This document shows positions 45,827-56,682 of a stretch of DNA of 64,000 nucleotides, one piece after another. Position 1 is the stretch's first letter. Every line of letters begins with the position of its first letter. Origin of the DNA: an uncultured candidate division Zixibacteria bacterium (GTDB lineage Bacteria > Zixibacteria > MSB-5A5 > GN15 > FEB-12); assembly GCA_963664195.1 (NCBI GenBank), contig OY760907.1, positions 320,001 through 384,000 of the forward strand, written 5' to 3'. Made by a program: the position numbers and the translations under genes. The notes under the pieces are model-generated. The model ran no database searches and was not told where the DNA came from. It was given only the letters and a program-made list of their open reading frames with translations.

Positions 45827-47905
45827 TCATGACGGCCGACAGGTCAGCCGACAGGTCTGTCCCTCAGTGATCGTTTCTCCGGGACGAATCGACTGCTTTT
45901 TGATCCGTCCGGTGCCCTCGATTTCATATTCCAGGCCGACATGCTCCAAAAAAGCGGCTGCCTTTCGGACTGTCAGTCCTTTCAAGTCTATCATGCCGGT
46001 CTGTTCTTCACCGGGGGGCGCGACCGCGACAACAACCTCATCATCGCACATGATCAGCCGATCCGGTGCCGGAAACTGCCAGACAACGGTTCCCTCCTTG
46101 GCCGAACAACGAATCTTCACGCCGCGTTTTTCTGCAAGCATCTTTGCCTGTATCAGATCGCGCCCGATCATGTCGGGAGTTTTGGCGGTAATATCCAACC
46201 GCTTCGTGTTTTCAGCAAACGTCCGATCCGCCACTTCAAACAAGTCCGGGTTCGACACGGTGTACCGCTCGGCGATTTTCCTGAACGCCACTCCCGAGGT
46301 GTACCCACCGTACGTAATCGGCTTCGGATTCTTCAATACGACAATACCCGCAATCAACGGTTTGTCGCTCGGGAAAAAGCCACAGAAGCTGGCCGTGAAC
46401 CGGTGACGGTAATAACCGCCGGTCTCAAGATTCGGAATCTGGCCTGTTCCGGTCTTGCCCGAAATCTTTACAAACTCGGAATTCACCGGGGTGGCCGTGC
46501 CCTCTTCGACAACACCGCGAAGAAACGCCCTCAGTGAATCGGCAGAGCTGGCCTTCAGTGCCCTTCCGAGCACCTCGCGCCTGGCCGTACGTTTCACACA
46601 GCCGTTGTCCTCTACATTCCCCAGCACCAGTTGCGGCTGGAGCAGTTCGCCGCCGTTGGCTATCGCCGCCATGGCCGTTGCCATTTGCAGCGCGTTCACG
46701 GCCACCGAGTGGCCCATCGCCAGCGCGGCCACGTTGTAGTCGGACCAAACAGCCGGCTTGGCCAGATGACCGGAGGTCTCGCCCGGAAGGCCACAGCCGA
46801 GTTTCTGTCCGAATCCAAACTTTCGATAGGTATCCATCACCGCGTTGGCGTCCATCTGAATCACGCACTTGCCCAAACCGATATTGCTCGACAGTTCGAT
46901 CACTTTGCGAAAACTCAGCCAGCCCTTTTCCTTGTCATCGTGCAGCGTGCGACGGCCGACCTTCCACTTGCCCATCTCGCAATAGATCGAGTCCTGAAAA
47001 TCGATCATCCCGGCGTCGAGAAGCGCGGCAGCAGTAAACGGCTTAAACGATGACCCCGGCTCAAACTGGTCGGTCACGGCACACAGTTTCACCGGACGGT
47101 TCGGATGCTTCTCGTCGGGGTCGTAATGGGCCATCGCCAGGATGTCGCCGCTGTTGCAATCAACAAATACGGCCATGCCGGACTGGGCGTTGTACTTCTC
47201 GACCGCCGTCCGAAGCTCGTCCTGCACTACCTCCTGAAGCTGCCAGTCCACTGTCAGTACCACCGACTGTCCGGGAACTGGCTTCACCAAAGCCGCTTCT
47301 TTTACCCGGAAAGTGTGACGCAGGCCGTCGCGCCGAATGTCAGCCCATCCGGATTTGCCGGAAAGAGCCGAATCGCAGGCCAGTTCAAAACCGGAAAGCC
47401 CCTCGTTGTCAATATTGGTAAATCCGAGAATCTGCTTGCCCACCTGGCCGAATGGATACTCGCGGGACGTTTCATTGCGAAGATACAATCCGCGCGGCGC
47501 CTCATCGGCGATACGGTTGGCCAGCTTGTCGTCAAGACGGCGTTTTATCCAGCGGAACCGTTTCGGCTGGAGCCGGAACTGTTTGATCGCCTGCGATCGC
47601 GACAGCCCGAACACTTTGCCAAGGTAATCGGCATCCTTGTTCATCTCGGTCTTGGAATCCGGATGAGCATACAACGACGCGCGGGTCACATTCTTGGCCA
47701 CGAGGTTTCCGTGACGGTCGTATACCATGCCGCGTTCGGCGGGAATCGGGATCTTGCCGGAGGACTGACGTTCTACCACCTCGCTGTATGGTGCCGCCCA
47801 GACGATCTGGAACTGCGCAAGACGAACCACCACGACGGCAAAAAACAAGGCAATGCCGATCATCAAGGCGCCGAGTCTGAGTCTTTCCTGGCGAGTCCGT
47901 TTCAC
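45827..47905 (-). CDS. ftsI: Penicillin-binding protein FtsI with PASTA domains
   Basis: EPGSSFKP (SxxK), SSN, KTG motifs; two C-terminal PASTA-like repeats. Confidence 0.93.
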   Translation of the reverse strand: MKRTRQERLRLGALMIGIALFFAVVVVRLAQFQIVWAAPYSEVVERQSSGKIPIPAERGMVYDRHGNLVAKNVTRASLYAHPDSKTEMNKDADYLGKVFGLSRSQAIKQFRLQPKRFRWIKRRLDDKLANRIADEAPRGLYLRNETSREYPFGQVGKQILGFTNIDNEGLSGFELACDSALSGKSGWADIRRDGLRHTFRVKEAALVKPVPGQSVVLTVDWQLQEVVQDELRTAVEKYNAQSGMAVFVDCNSGDILAMAHYDPDEKHPNRPVKLCAVTDQFEPGSSFKPFTAAALLDAGMIDFQDSIYCEMGKWKVGRRTLHDDKEKGWLSFRKVIELSSNIGLGKCVIQMDANAVMDTYRKFGFGQKLGCGLPGETSGHLAKPAVWSDYNVAALAMGHSVAVNALQMATAMAAIANGGELLQPQLVLGNVEDNGCVKRTARREVLGRALKASSADSLRAFLRGVVEEGTATPVNSEFVKISGKTGTGQIPNLETGGYYRHRFTASFCGFFPSDKPLIAGIVVLKNPKPITYGGYTSGVAFRKIAERYTVSNPDLFEVADRTFAENTKRLDITAKTPDMIGRDLIQAKMLAEKRGVKIRCSAKEGTVVWQFPAPDRLIMCDDEVVVAVAPPGEEQTGMIDLKGLTVRKAAAFLEHVGLEYEIEGTGRIKKQSIRPGETITEGQTCRLTCRPS

Positions 47906-48399
47906 TGGTCGTCCCCCTCGGATTCGTTGGCCTCCAACCGGATAGGCTGAAGCTCGGTGGCGTTGGCCTGAGTCTCGGTCAGCACCGGCAGATATCTGGC
48001 AACACGTTTGATCGAGGAGAGCATAGTAGAAAGATCATCACCACCGGATTCACGCGCAGCTTCCGGCACCAGTGTATAGAGATGGTCCGGAGTAACGCGT
48101 CTCATGCCAAGGCTGTCGACCGCATACTGTTCAATACGGGCAGACATGGAGAGAGCCGCGATATCGGTTTCAACCTTTTCGCAGCCATCGATTAGGCCGC
48201 GATTCTCCTTCTCAAGGAGCGCGACTTCCGTGACCAGCCCGAGTACCACCACCCGCTGGTAAATATGGACTGAAGCCACGAGGAGCAGGATTGCTGCCAC
48301 CACCGAAATCGGGAAATACTTATGCCCCTTGATCCGGTTGATCGGCAGAGAACGGAACTCCAGGGTCTCCTTGAATTTGCGAACGGAGCGCGCCTTCAT
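47902..48399 (-). CDS. ftsL: Cell division protein FtsL-like
   Basis: TM segment plus coiled coil, ARIEQYAVDSLGM; between rsmH and ftsI. Confidence 0.75.
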   Translation of the reverse strand: MKARSVRKFKETLEFRSLPINRIKGHKYFPISVVAAILLLVASVHIYQRVVVLGLVTEVALLEKENRGLIDGCEKVETDIAALSMSARIEQYAVDSLGMRRVTPDHLYTLVPEAARESGGDDLSTMLSSIKRVARYLPVLTETQANATELQPIRLEANESEGDDQ

Positions 48400-49346
48400 A
48401 CTAATCTCTCCGCGACACGCAAACGAGCCGAACGGGCACGCGGGTTGTCATCCACCTCAATCTCTGTCGGCAGAACCGGCTTGCGAGTGAGAATCTTCAG
48501 CATCGGCGTTGCCCCGCAGACGCAGGCCGGAAGATCTGCCGGACAAGTGCAGCGGCCCTTGGCCTCGGCCTGGAAAAACCGCTTCACGATCCGATCTTCA
48601 AGTGAATGATAAGCAATCACCACCAGGCGACCACCGGGGTTGAGAAGACTCAGGGCGGCAGGAAGAACGTTTTCGAGTTGTTCCAACTCGCGATTGACCG
48701 CTATGCGCAGGGCCTGAAAGACACGCGCCAGAGATTTGTTCTGATGGGGCGGACGAACGACCGAAAGAACGATCTCTTTCAATTGTCCCGTTGTGAGGAT
48801 CATGCCTTTTTGTCTTTCCATGACAATCGCCCGTGCTATCCTTGCAGCCTGTCGTTCCTCGCCAAGATGCTTTATGATCCCCTTCAGCTCCCGCTCGCCA
48901 AGGGTATTAACCAGGTCCTTCGCCGTGACCCGACCGCCCGGGTCGAGCCGCATATCAAGCGGTCCTTCAAACCGAAACGAGATGCCCCGTTCGGGATCGT
49001 CCAACTGATCGGATGAAATTCCCAGGTCAAGAAGGATACCGTCAAACGCTCTCTCCTTCAGCTGATCCACCGCCGTGGCAATAGAGCCGAACGGCGACCT
49101 GACCAGACCTTTGAACTGCTCTACCGACTCAAGCGCTTTGGTGGTGCGCTCGATGGCAGCCGCATCACAGTCAACCCCATATATCCGGGCCTTGCTGTCG
49201 AGACGTGCCGCCAGCGCTTTCATGTGGCCCCCGCCTCCTGCGGTCAGGTCAAGGTAAGCGCCCCGTGTATCGGTCAACAGAAACTCTACCACCTCGCCAG
49301 CCATGACCGGCAAGTGGTGATGGTCTTCACTCTTTTGTGCGACCAT
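48396..49346 (-). CDS. rsmH: 16S rRNA m4C1402 methyltransferase
   Basis: HLPVM, DLTAGGGGH, DLGISS, PLDMR, FQALRIAVN, YHSLEDR, NPRARSA. Confidence 0.96.
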   Translation of the reverse strand: MVAQKSEDHHHLPVMAGEVVEFLLTDTRGAYLDLTAGGGGHMKALAARLDSKARIYGVDCDAAAIERTTKALESVEQFKGLVRSPFGSIATAVDQLKERAFDGILLDLGISSDQLDDPERGISFRFEGPLDMRLDPGGRVTAKDLVNTLGERELKGIIKHLGEERQAARIARAIVMERQKGMILTTGQLKEIVLSVVRPPHQNKSLARVFQALRIAVNRELEQLENVLPAALSLLNPGGRLVVIAYHSLEDRIVKRFFQAEAKGRCTCPADLPACVCGATPMLKILTRKPVLPTEIEVDDNPRARSARLRVAERLV

Positions 49347-49800
49347 CGCCGGAAAACAACCTCGCAGCCACTTCCTCGTAACTGCCGGCATACTGTTCCA
49401 GGTAATACTTGAGCAATTGTGGGTTCCAGATTTCGATAGAGCGATTGACGCCGATCACGGTCAGTTCCTTCTGGAGGTTGGCGTCCTGTATCAGGTGGGA
49501 CGGAATCAGAATTCTGCCGTTCTTGTCAGGAGTAACCGGAGCAGCCAGCGAGTAAAAGCGACGACTGAAAGACCGGTAGGACTTATCAGTAAAATCGAGA
49601 GTTGAGAGCTTCTCCTGAATCGAAGTCCATTCCGATTCAGGATAAACACTGAGGCAGCCCTCAAGTCCCTTGGTGAGGAATACATCCCCTTCCAGCAACG
49701 GTTTCCCGTCGTCGTCCAAAACAGCGCGGAGCTTGGCCGGCAGGATACAACGTCCTTTTGCATCCATCGTTGTTGTGTACCGACCATAGAACCCGGTCAT
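49327..49800 (-). CDS. mraZ: Division/cell wall cluster regulator MraZ
   Basis: MDAKGR and DKNGRILIP AbrB-like repeats, IEIW; ATG 49800 with GGAG RBS. Confidence 0.95.
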   Translation of the reverse strand: MTGFYGRYTTTMDAKGRCILPAKLRAVLDDDGKPLLEGDVFLTKGLEGCLSVYPESEWTSIQEKLSTLDFTDKSYRSFSRRFYSLAAPVTPDKNGRILIPSHLIQDANLQKELTVIGVNRSIEIWNPQLLKYYLEQYAGSYEEVAARLFSGDGRTKE

Positions 49801-49808
49801 GGGATTCT

Positions 49809-49831
49809 CCACTTTCTACCACATTTACCCA
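49809..49831 (-). promoter_or_regulatory. MraZ-binding direct repeats
   Basis: TGG/GTGG motifs at 10-bp periodicity immediately upstream of mraZ. Confidence 0.6.
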
Positions 49832-50237
49832 AAAGACGCTATCAATAAACACCGACGCCCCACATCAAGTCAAGCTTTTTCTCACGGAAAATCTCAAATC
49901 CCAGGGACTTAACTGCAAATAAGACAATGAGTAATGAGAAGACACATTGCTCGATTTGCAACCTGTTGCAGGACACCGAGGAACAGGACCATACTTAGAG
50001 TGCCATTTTCTGACGATTCTCCGACTATCGGCCCATACTGTATAGACTTATTCCCACTAAATCGCCGCCATTCGAGCCGGAAAAACTTTCCCACAGAAAA
50101 AGAACGCTCTCACGTAATCGACTAAACAAGAACATGTTACGGCAATTCACTCTCTTATTTCACCCCCGGTTGGCTCGCAGGGTATCCGGATTGCACTTAA
50201 GGGTTCGGGTTCAACCTGAAACACGGGGTGATTTGGA

Positions 50238-52571
50238 ATGCAGGGGTTAGTTAGAGTAGTCTTTGTGGCCTTCCTGGCGATGGGAGTAGTCGCCAGCGAT
50301 CTGGTAGCCGGTGAGCTGGTCGCCAGTGAAACCGCCACCATCACGTTTTGCGAGGCCGATAAGGTCTCAATCGGACCGCCGGGACCCAGTCAATACTCTC
50401 TTGGTCCCCTGGATCAATCCGGCAAGCTGCGGTCAGAGAGCTATCTGATTGAGCTGGGCGATGACGAACAGGCATCCGCCGTGGTCGCCACCCCGCTCGA
50501 CCAAAGCAACGTGGGGTGCGCCCCGGGGTCTTTTTCGCTCCTGGACGACGTAACCTCCGAAAACGGCAGCTACGGTTTCCTCAAGGAACAGGCAGCTCAG
50601 TTTCCGGCGCTCGGCAGCCGCGTCGCTCACGTGGCCGGTGAAATCGTCATTGGTGACACCCGGTACGCCGAATTGCTGCTGTTCCCGGTCACTGCCGATG
50701 AACACGGCGCCCTCACACTCAACGAATCAGTGTCCATCTCGGTGGGTGAGCGAGAAATCGCCCCAAACGAGCTTCTCCCCCGTGAGTCAGTTTTTGCACG
50801 TGAGGCCGATGGCAAGTCGACTTCCCGGACCGCAGTCTTGTCCGGAGGCACCGACTACGTGATAATCACGGCGGCAAACCTTGTAGCGGCAGTCACACCT
50901 CTGGCAAACTACAAAAACGAAACCGGATTTGTCACGGAGATCAAGACCATCGAAGACATTCTCGCGACCTACAGCGGTCGAGACGACGCCGAGAGACTTC
51001 GTGAATACCTGAAAGACTTCCACGCCGATGGCGGCAAGTACGTACTTCTGGCCGGCGATGAAACCGTGCTTCCGATCCGGTACGCCTATTACATGTACAC
51101 CAACGGCACCCCTCCCCCGGCCAGCCTGCAGATCTGCGATTTATACTTCGCTGACTTGACCGGCGACTGGGATGTCGACAACGACGGTGTCTGGGGCGAA
51201 CGATACCACGATCAGGCAGACATTGTCCCGGAGATCAATGTCGGGCGGATCCCGTTCAACACCGCCGCGGAAATCAGCAGTTACACAAGCAAGCTAATTC
51301 AGTACGAAACCGCTCCGGGCGGCAGCAATCACTCGTACCTGACCAGATCGTTTTTCTTCTCCTCCGACCAGATGAGAGACTACAACGGAATCGGTCAGCA
51401 TACCATGATCGCCCGGGCGTACCCCGACTGGTTTGCCCTGGACACGGTAACAGGTGTCGAAGCCTCGCGGGGCGATGATCCGTTTCCGACCAACACACCG
51501 GCGCGAAACCTTCCGCCTGAATTCGAGCAGGGTTACGGAATCGTGAACGTGATCGCCCACGGTCGGTCCGACGGTTTTGTGGTTAAATCAGCAAACTTCA
51601 ACGAGTGGCCGAAGAGCTACTTGTTGTCCACCGACGCCGGCAGTGAACACGGCTGTTTTGATTCGTTGGCAGTGGCAGGACAGCCTTCGTTTTACTACTC
51701 GCTGGCCTGTGACAACGGTGCTTTTGATATGGATCAGGAACCGTTCAATCAGGAGAATCCGAACATGGTACAGAGCCTTCTGTCACAGGAAGGCGGTGCG
51801 GTGGGGTTCGTTGCCTACTCACGGTGGGGTTGGATCAGCTCAAGTCACGAACTGCAGGCACTGTTTTTTGATTCCCTGTTCGCCCATCCGGAACTTCCTG
51901 CGGTCGAGGCAATGTACGCCTCCAAACTTGAAAAGTACTACTTGCTGGATCTCGTCTACGGTCAGAATTACTACGGTGACCCCACGATGAAAGTCTACCG
52001 CAACATCCCGGATGACCTGGAGATCAGCACCTCACAGACGTCGGAGGGTGTTTCGTTGCTAGTCAGTATCGAGGGTTCACCGGTGCCGAATTGCACCGCC
52101 ACGCTCGCTCAGGACGGTAATCTTCTGGCGCAATACGTGACCGGCTCCGATGGCCGCGTTTTGATTGATTACGCTTTCGAGTCACAGTCCGAGTACACGC
52201 TGTCGGCCTCTCTCACCGGCACCACCGTGCAGCAGGAGAAACTGGTGACGGGCATTGTGGCCTCGGTCGAGGATGATCCGTCAGGGCTGCCTTCGAGTTT
52301 CGCTCTCAACCAGAATTACCCGAACCCGTTTAATCCGACGACTACGATTTCATTCGAGATACCCGTTCGCACCAGCGTGCAACTGACCGTATTCAACCTG
52401 CTCGGACAGAGTGTGGCAACGCTGGCTGAAGGCGACTACGCTGTCGGAACTCACGAGGTGGAATGGGACGGACATGACCGCGCGGGCGACCCGGCCGCAA
52501 GCGGCGTCTATTTCTATCGATTGGAAGCAGGAGGACAATCTGAAGTCAGGAAGATGATCCTGCTGAAGTAA
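50238..52571 (+). CDS. Peptidase C25 (gingipain-family) with FlgD-type C-terminal sorting domain
   Basis: Signal peptide, YVLLAGD, DLYFADL, VGRIP, IAHG and SLAC catalytic pair, YGDP, QNYPNPFNP..SGVYFYRL..KMILLK. Confidence 0.9.
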   Translation: MQGLVRVVFVAFLAMGVVASDLVAGELVASETATITFCEADKVSIGPPGPSQYSLGPLDQSGKLRSESYLIELGDDEQASAVVATPLDQSNVGCAPGSFSLLDDVTSENGSYGFLKEQAAQFPALGSRVAHVAGEIVIGDTRYAELLLFPVTADEHGALTLNESVSISVGEREIAPNELLPRESVFAREADGKSTSRTAVLSGGTDYVIITAANLVAAVTPLANYKNETGFVTEIKTIEDILATYSGRDDAERLREYLKDFHADGGKYVLLAGDETVLPIRYAYYMYTNGTPPPASLQICDLYFADLTGDWDVDNDGVWGERYHDQADIVPEINVGRIPFNTAAEISSYTSKLIQYETAPGGSNHSYLTRSFFFSSDQMRDYNGIGQHTMIARAYPDWFALDTVTGVEASRGDDPFPTNTPARNLPPEFEQGYGIVNVIAHGRSDGFVVKSANFNEWPKSYLLSTDAGSEHGCFDSLAVAGQPSFYYSLACDNGAFDMDQEPFNQENPNMVQSLLSQEGGAVGFVAYSRWGWISSSHELQALFFDSLFAHPELPAVEAMYASKLEKYYLLDLVYGQNYYGDPTMKVYRNIPDDLEISTSQTSEGVSLLVSIEGSPVPNCTATLAQDGNLLAQYVTGSDGRVLIDYAFESQSEYTLSASLTGTTVQQEKLVTGIVASVEDDPSGLPSSFALNQNYPNPFNPTTTISFEIPVRTSVQLTVFNLLGQSVATLAEGDYAVGTHEVEWDGHDRAGDPAASGVYFYRLEAGGQSEVRKMILLK

Positions 52572-53442
52572 AAAGTCGGCGCAAAAAACGCCCCCCAATC
52601 GACGGTACCAGCCCGATGAGCAACAGCAGCCCGCAGCCCCAGAGGCCGGGATAGCTGTACCATCGGGCGTACTTTTTTAGATAGCGATACATAGCAGAGT
52701 GCGAAATCAGCTTGATCTTGTAAGGCATTTTGCCGGTCGACGCTCCCACATAATGCTCAACCGTAACTTTCGGGTAGTACAGCCGTTTGTAGCCCGCCAG
52801 AGCGATTCGCTTGCACCAATCAACATCGTTAAAAAGAATGGGGAAGTCCTCGTCCATCAATCCGACCCTGTCGATCACTTTGCGGGGAATCAGCATCACC
52901 GCCCCCATGGGTTGATCAACTGGCATTTCGCTTTTATGATCAAACCAGCCCATACGCCAGTGTGCCAATTCGCGATGCTGTGGGAACATGCGATCCAGCA
53001 ACAACGCTCGATACAGAACATGGCGATAGGTTGGGAAAGCTCGGACTGACATCTGCGGGACACCATCAAAACCGACATACCCCGGTCCTATCATCCCGAC
53101 CGACTCGTCGGCCTTCAGGCGTTCAAGAAGCCCGGCAGTCACGCCTTTGCGGAAACGCAGGTCCTGATTCAAGATATACAAATGCTCACCGGAAGCGGCC
53201 TCAATCCCAATGTTGACCGCTTTGGCGAATCCGAGATTGCTGCCGTTTTCGACAAGCGTCGCATCGGGATAGTTCTTTTTCAGATATTCCAGGGAGCCGT
53301 CAGTCGATCCGTTGTCAACCAGTATCAATTCGGATCCGATTCCCTCGAGGTCTTTCGCGAGGGTGCCGAGGCAATCGGGAAGAAACTTCAATCCGTTCCA
53401 CACGATCACAATAGCCGAAAGAGTCGGTCGTTGCAGGCTCAC
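52546..53442 (-). CDS. Glycosyltransferase family 2
   Basis: VDNGSTDGS, NLGFAKAVN, LNQD, MDEDF..DVDWC. Confidence 0.9.
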   Translation of the reverse strand: MSLQRPTLSAIVIVWNGLKFLPDCLGTLAKDLEGIGSELILVDNGSTDGSLEYLKKNYPDATLVENGSNLGFAKAVNIGIEAASGEHLYILNQDLRFRKGVTAGLLERLKADESVGMIGPGYVGFDGVPQMSVRAFPTYRHVLYRALLLDRMFPQHRELAHWRMGWFDHKSEMPVDQPMGAVMLIPRKVIDRVGLMDEDFPILFNDVDWCKRIALAGYKRLYYPKVTVEHYVGASTGKMPYKIKLISHSAMYRYLKKYARWYSYPGLWGCGLLLLIGLVPSIGGRFLRRLFTSAGSSS

Positions 53443-54689
53443 AAACTACCCTCCAGCACATCGGCGAACTTTCGTGCCAGCGCCAGCGAAGAAAATCGCT
53501 GCGCGTACTCGGACAATGGCTCGAACCTGTACTCGCTCTTCTGGAACAACGTCACCTGATGACGCAGCATTTCGACCGCACGGTCGATAGTGTCCGCTTG
53601 GAAACAGACGTTGCCCTCAATCGGTGCCAGCAATTCTGCCGGCTCGCTGTTTTCGGACGCAAATACCATGACGGGTCTTCCCGAGGCAATCAGATCAAAC
53701 GTCCGTCCCGGAAGAAAACCTGCACCCTCACGCGAAGATATCCCGAGATAAAACAGATGTGCCCTGGAAAGCGTTTCGGCAACAGCATGTCTCGACACCT
53801 GTCCGCACATGTCCAACTCCAAAGACAGATCGTGTTCTGTCAACAGACTCCGAAGCCAGTCTTCGTCGACCTGTCCGACCTGGAGAAGACGAAGCTTCGC
53901 GAATAGGTCAGGGTGCTTCCGGCGAAACAGGGACAAGACATTCAACAACGGTTCGATTTCGCGAGTATCGTGCAGATGTCCCAGCATGCCGACAGTGAAT
54001 GCGCTCTTGCTCGGCTCGTTTTTCCAGCCCTCTGCTAATTCAGCAATATACCCGTTGGTCAGAGTTTCACCACGCCCCAGATAGTCTGCAATCGACTGGT
54101 TGACGGCCGTAATCGCCGACGCCTCCGACGCGATTTGTTTCAGCAGCTTCTGCCCTTTCTCAACGAGTTTGGGATCATCGTAGGTGTCCTCGGCTTTGTA
54201 GATTGTCCAGAAATCCCGGAAGTCCGCCACCCACGGCAGCTTGAATTCACTCGCCAACTGCCTGCCTATGACATGCGACGTCATCGGCGGCGACGACGAG
54301 ATGATGGCATCGTAACAATTGTTCTCAATCAGAGTCCGACCGAGCCTGACGGCAGGTTTTGCCCAGCCGATCTTCGAATCCGGGAAGAACTTCTCAGACA
54401 CGGGACGGGTCTTACTGATAGTGCCGGATTTCACGTTTCGCATCCCCAGCAAATACAGAAGCCTCTGCGGGTCGCGTGAGCCGGAACGGTAGATGCGTGA
54501 CTGATCCAGACCTTCGAGCAACTCCGGCTCGTACGCCCGATAAAGCACCGGCTTGACTGTCAGAATGTCGCAGTCCCAGCCGTAACGCGGGAGATTCCTA
54601 AACAGGTTCAGCGGACGCCCAACTCCCCCCAGCCCGAGCGGCGGAAAATAATAGCAAATCAGTAGAGCTTTGTGTCTCGATCCGCTCAT
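53439..54689 (-). CDS. Glycosyltransferase family 4-like
   Basis: YYFPPLG, PDSKIGW, SSPP, WVADFRDFW. Confidence 0.85.
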   Translation of the reverse strand: MSGSRHKALLICYYFPPLGLGGVGRPLNLFRNLPRYGWDCDILTVKPVLYRAYEPELLEGLDQSRIYRSGSRDPQRLLYLLGMRNVKSGTISKTRPVSEKFFPDSKIGWAKPAVRLGRTLIENNCYDAIISSSPPMTSHVIGRQLASEFKLPWVADFRDFWTIYKAEDTYDDPKLVEKGQKLLKQIASEASAITAVNQSIADYLGRGETLTNGYIAELAEGWKNEPSKSAFTVGMLGHLHDTREIEPLLNVLSLFRRKHPDLFAKLRLLQVGQVDEDWLRSLLTEHDLSLELDMCGQVSRHAVAETLSRAHLFYLGISSREGAGFLPGRTFDLIASGRPVMVFASENSEPAELLAPIEGNVCFQADTIDRAVEMLRHQVTLFQKSEYRFEPLSEYAQRFSSLALARKFADVLEGSL

Positions 54690-55780
54690 TGTCTCTCCGC
54701 TGCGGCAAGAGACTTCATAATCTCAATCGTGCGCGCAACATTGTCCTCGAACAGAGCTTCCGCCCTGATTCTGGCGACATTGGCTTTTCGCATAGACAGG
54801 TGATTATTGCTGTCTTCCAACAACCCTTGAATCACCGTCTCAAGAGCGCCCGATCTGCCCGAGTCAAACAAGTAACCGTTGTCTTCGGTCAGCCACTCGC
54901 GCACACCGGGAATGTCAGCCGCAACCGGTATCAACCCCAGTCCCATAGCCTCAAGCATCGAGGCCGGCGAAGAGTCAGATTTCGCAGCCGACAGAAAAAC
55001 ATCATGCGAGGCCACAAACCCTGGAAAATCCTCTCTTGGCATCTTCCGGTAGAGCGTGATACCGTAGTCGATCAACTCACCCGCTTTCTCAACGAAGCTA
55101 GAGGCGTGGGCGCCCCACTCGGGGAATGATACGGCAATCTTCCCCTCTCTGATCAAGGGCGTCAATTCGCGAAGGATCAGCTCGTTGTTGTAAACATCGA
55201 GATGCGGTCGCGGGACGATAATCTTGAGCGGGACCGACAGTTTTTTATCCTCTACGTTAGCGAGCACAAACTGTTTTTCGATCCCCCAGGGGATGACACT
55301 TTTCGCTCTCAATTGTCCGAGTTTGGAAGCCTCTTGAATCAGGTATTCCGAATCGCCAATCACATGATCGGCACTGTGGAGGGCGAACGCGGTCTTGCGC
55401 CTATGCAGAAGTGATTTCTTCGGCACCAGCAGAATGTCCGATCCCCACAAATGCAAAAGCACCGGCACCTGTCGTCCCGATACCGCCAGCGCCGCAGCAA
55501 ACCCGTATCCCGAAGCGAAGTGCGGATTGACGATGTGTGGTTTATACTCGCGAATCAGCGCTTTGATTTCTGTCGCCGACATAGCGTAATGCAGAAACCC
55601 GAATGGCCCCCGTTTCCGGAGCCGGAAATGAAGCATCTTTCCCCGTTCAAGCGATGCCAACAACACGTGGCAGCCCTGCCGCAGGAGTTCGGTCACATAC
55701 CTCTCGGTATGGAACGCCCGACTGTCGGCGAGAACCAGCACCCTGAATCTGTCGGTACTCAGACCAGTTTGCCCAGCCAT
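54686..55780 (-). CDS. Glycosyltransferase family 4
   Basis: WGSDIL, SMLEAMGLGLIPVAADIPGVREW. Confidence 0.87.
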   Translation of the reverse strand: MAGQTGLSTDRFRVLVLADSRAFHTERYVTELLRQGCHVLLASLERGKMLHFRLRKRGPFGFLHYAMSATEIKALIREYKPHIVNPHFASGYGFAAALAVSGRQVPVLLHLWGSDILLVPKKSLLHRRKTAFALHSADHVIGDSEYLIQEASKLGQLRAKSVIPWGIEKQFVLANVEDKKLSVPLKIIVPRPHLDVYNNELILRELTPLIREGKIAVSFPEWGAHASSFVEKAGELIDYGITLYRKMPREDFPGFVASHDVFLSAAKSDSSPASMLEAMGLGLIPVAADIPGVREWLTEDNGYLFDSGRSGALETVIQGLLEDSNNHLSMRKANVARIRAEALFEDNVARTIEIMKSLAAAERQ

Positions 55781-56682
55781 GATTTCCTCTGCAAACAGGT
55801 GTACTTGTGCGACTCTCCGCCCCACTTCTGCTTGTAGTCACTTAGTGTTCCGGCCTCGGGCGGCGATGCCCCGAGATTGAGATACCGAATACCCTGAGCG
55901 GCATATTCCCGAGCCATCGAATAGAGCACGAACTGGTTGGCTTTGAGAAACGAGAACTTCTTATCAAAATAGACTTGCCAGTTTATTATCTGCTCGGCGT
56001 CGATAAGGAATATGTGCGAAGTCGCCAACACTCCCTCATGTTCCACCACCACCCACCGAGCGCGCGAGTCGCGTTCTGCGAGTTCAGCAAGGCGACGGAA
56101 GAATTCCTCCGAGTATTTCGGTTCTCGTCCGTGGCGTTTCTCGGTTGCCTCCATGAGGCTCGTAAACGACTCAAAGTGACGCGCCGGGTCAAACGGCAAG
56201 GGTACTACACCCTCGCGCTCCGCCTTACGAATCTCCGACTGCAGCTTTTTGTCCGGCGGCAGCCAGTCAGACTGCGAAATATCCACCAGACCGGTCTCGC
56301 ACTCGACCGACTCAAATCCGGCGGCATCAACAAAGGATCCGTAGTAATCCGTCAGATACAGCTTCAGATATCCTGCCCCTTCCAGGCCCTCCAAAAGGGA
56401 GTGCGAAACTTCGCCGACGTCCGCCGCGTCATCGAATACAACCAATCGGCTGTACAACCCGTCCGGCATAGACTGGAACCGCCGCGAGGGCTTTCGTCCA
56501 AATTCAACACCGGTCAGAACTGCAGTCGGCGATGATTTCTCACCGGCAATCCAGTAGACATCCGAACCACCCTGGGCGGTCCACAGACGGGCGAATTCGG
56601 GCGAGGAAAACAAGGACGCCTCACGAAGGCGTATTGCTATGTCGTCGGGAAGCTCAAAACCTGATAATCTGGAGCCGTTCAT
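55759..56682 (-). CDS. GNAT/FemAB-like acyltransferase
   Basis: EIRKAEREGV, YLNLGAS, YKQKWG motifs. Confidence 0.8.
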   Translation of the reverse strand: MNGSRLSGFELPDDIAIRLREASLFSSPEFARLWTAQGGSDVYWIAGEKSSPTAVLTGVEFGRKPSRRFQSMPDGLYSRLVVFDDAADVGEVSHSLLEGLEGAGYLKLYLTDYYGSFVDAAGFESVECETGLVDISQSDWLPPDKKLQSEIRKAEREGVVPLPFDPARHFESFTSLMEATEKRHGREPKYSEEFFRRLAELAERDSRARWVVVEHEGVLATSHIFLIDAEQIINWQVYFDKKFSFLKANQFVLYSMAREYAAQGIRYLNLGASPPEAGTLSDYKQKWGGESHKYTCLQRKSWLGKLV

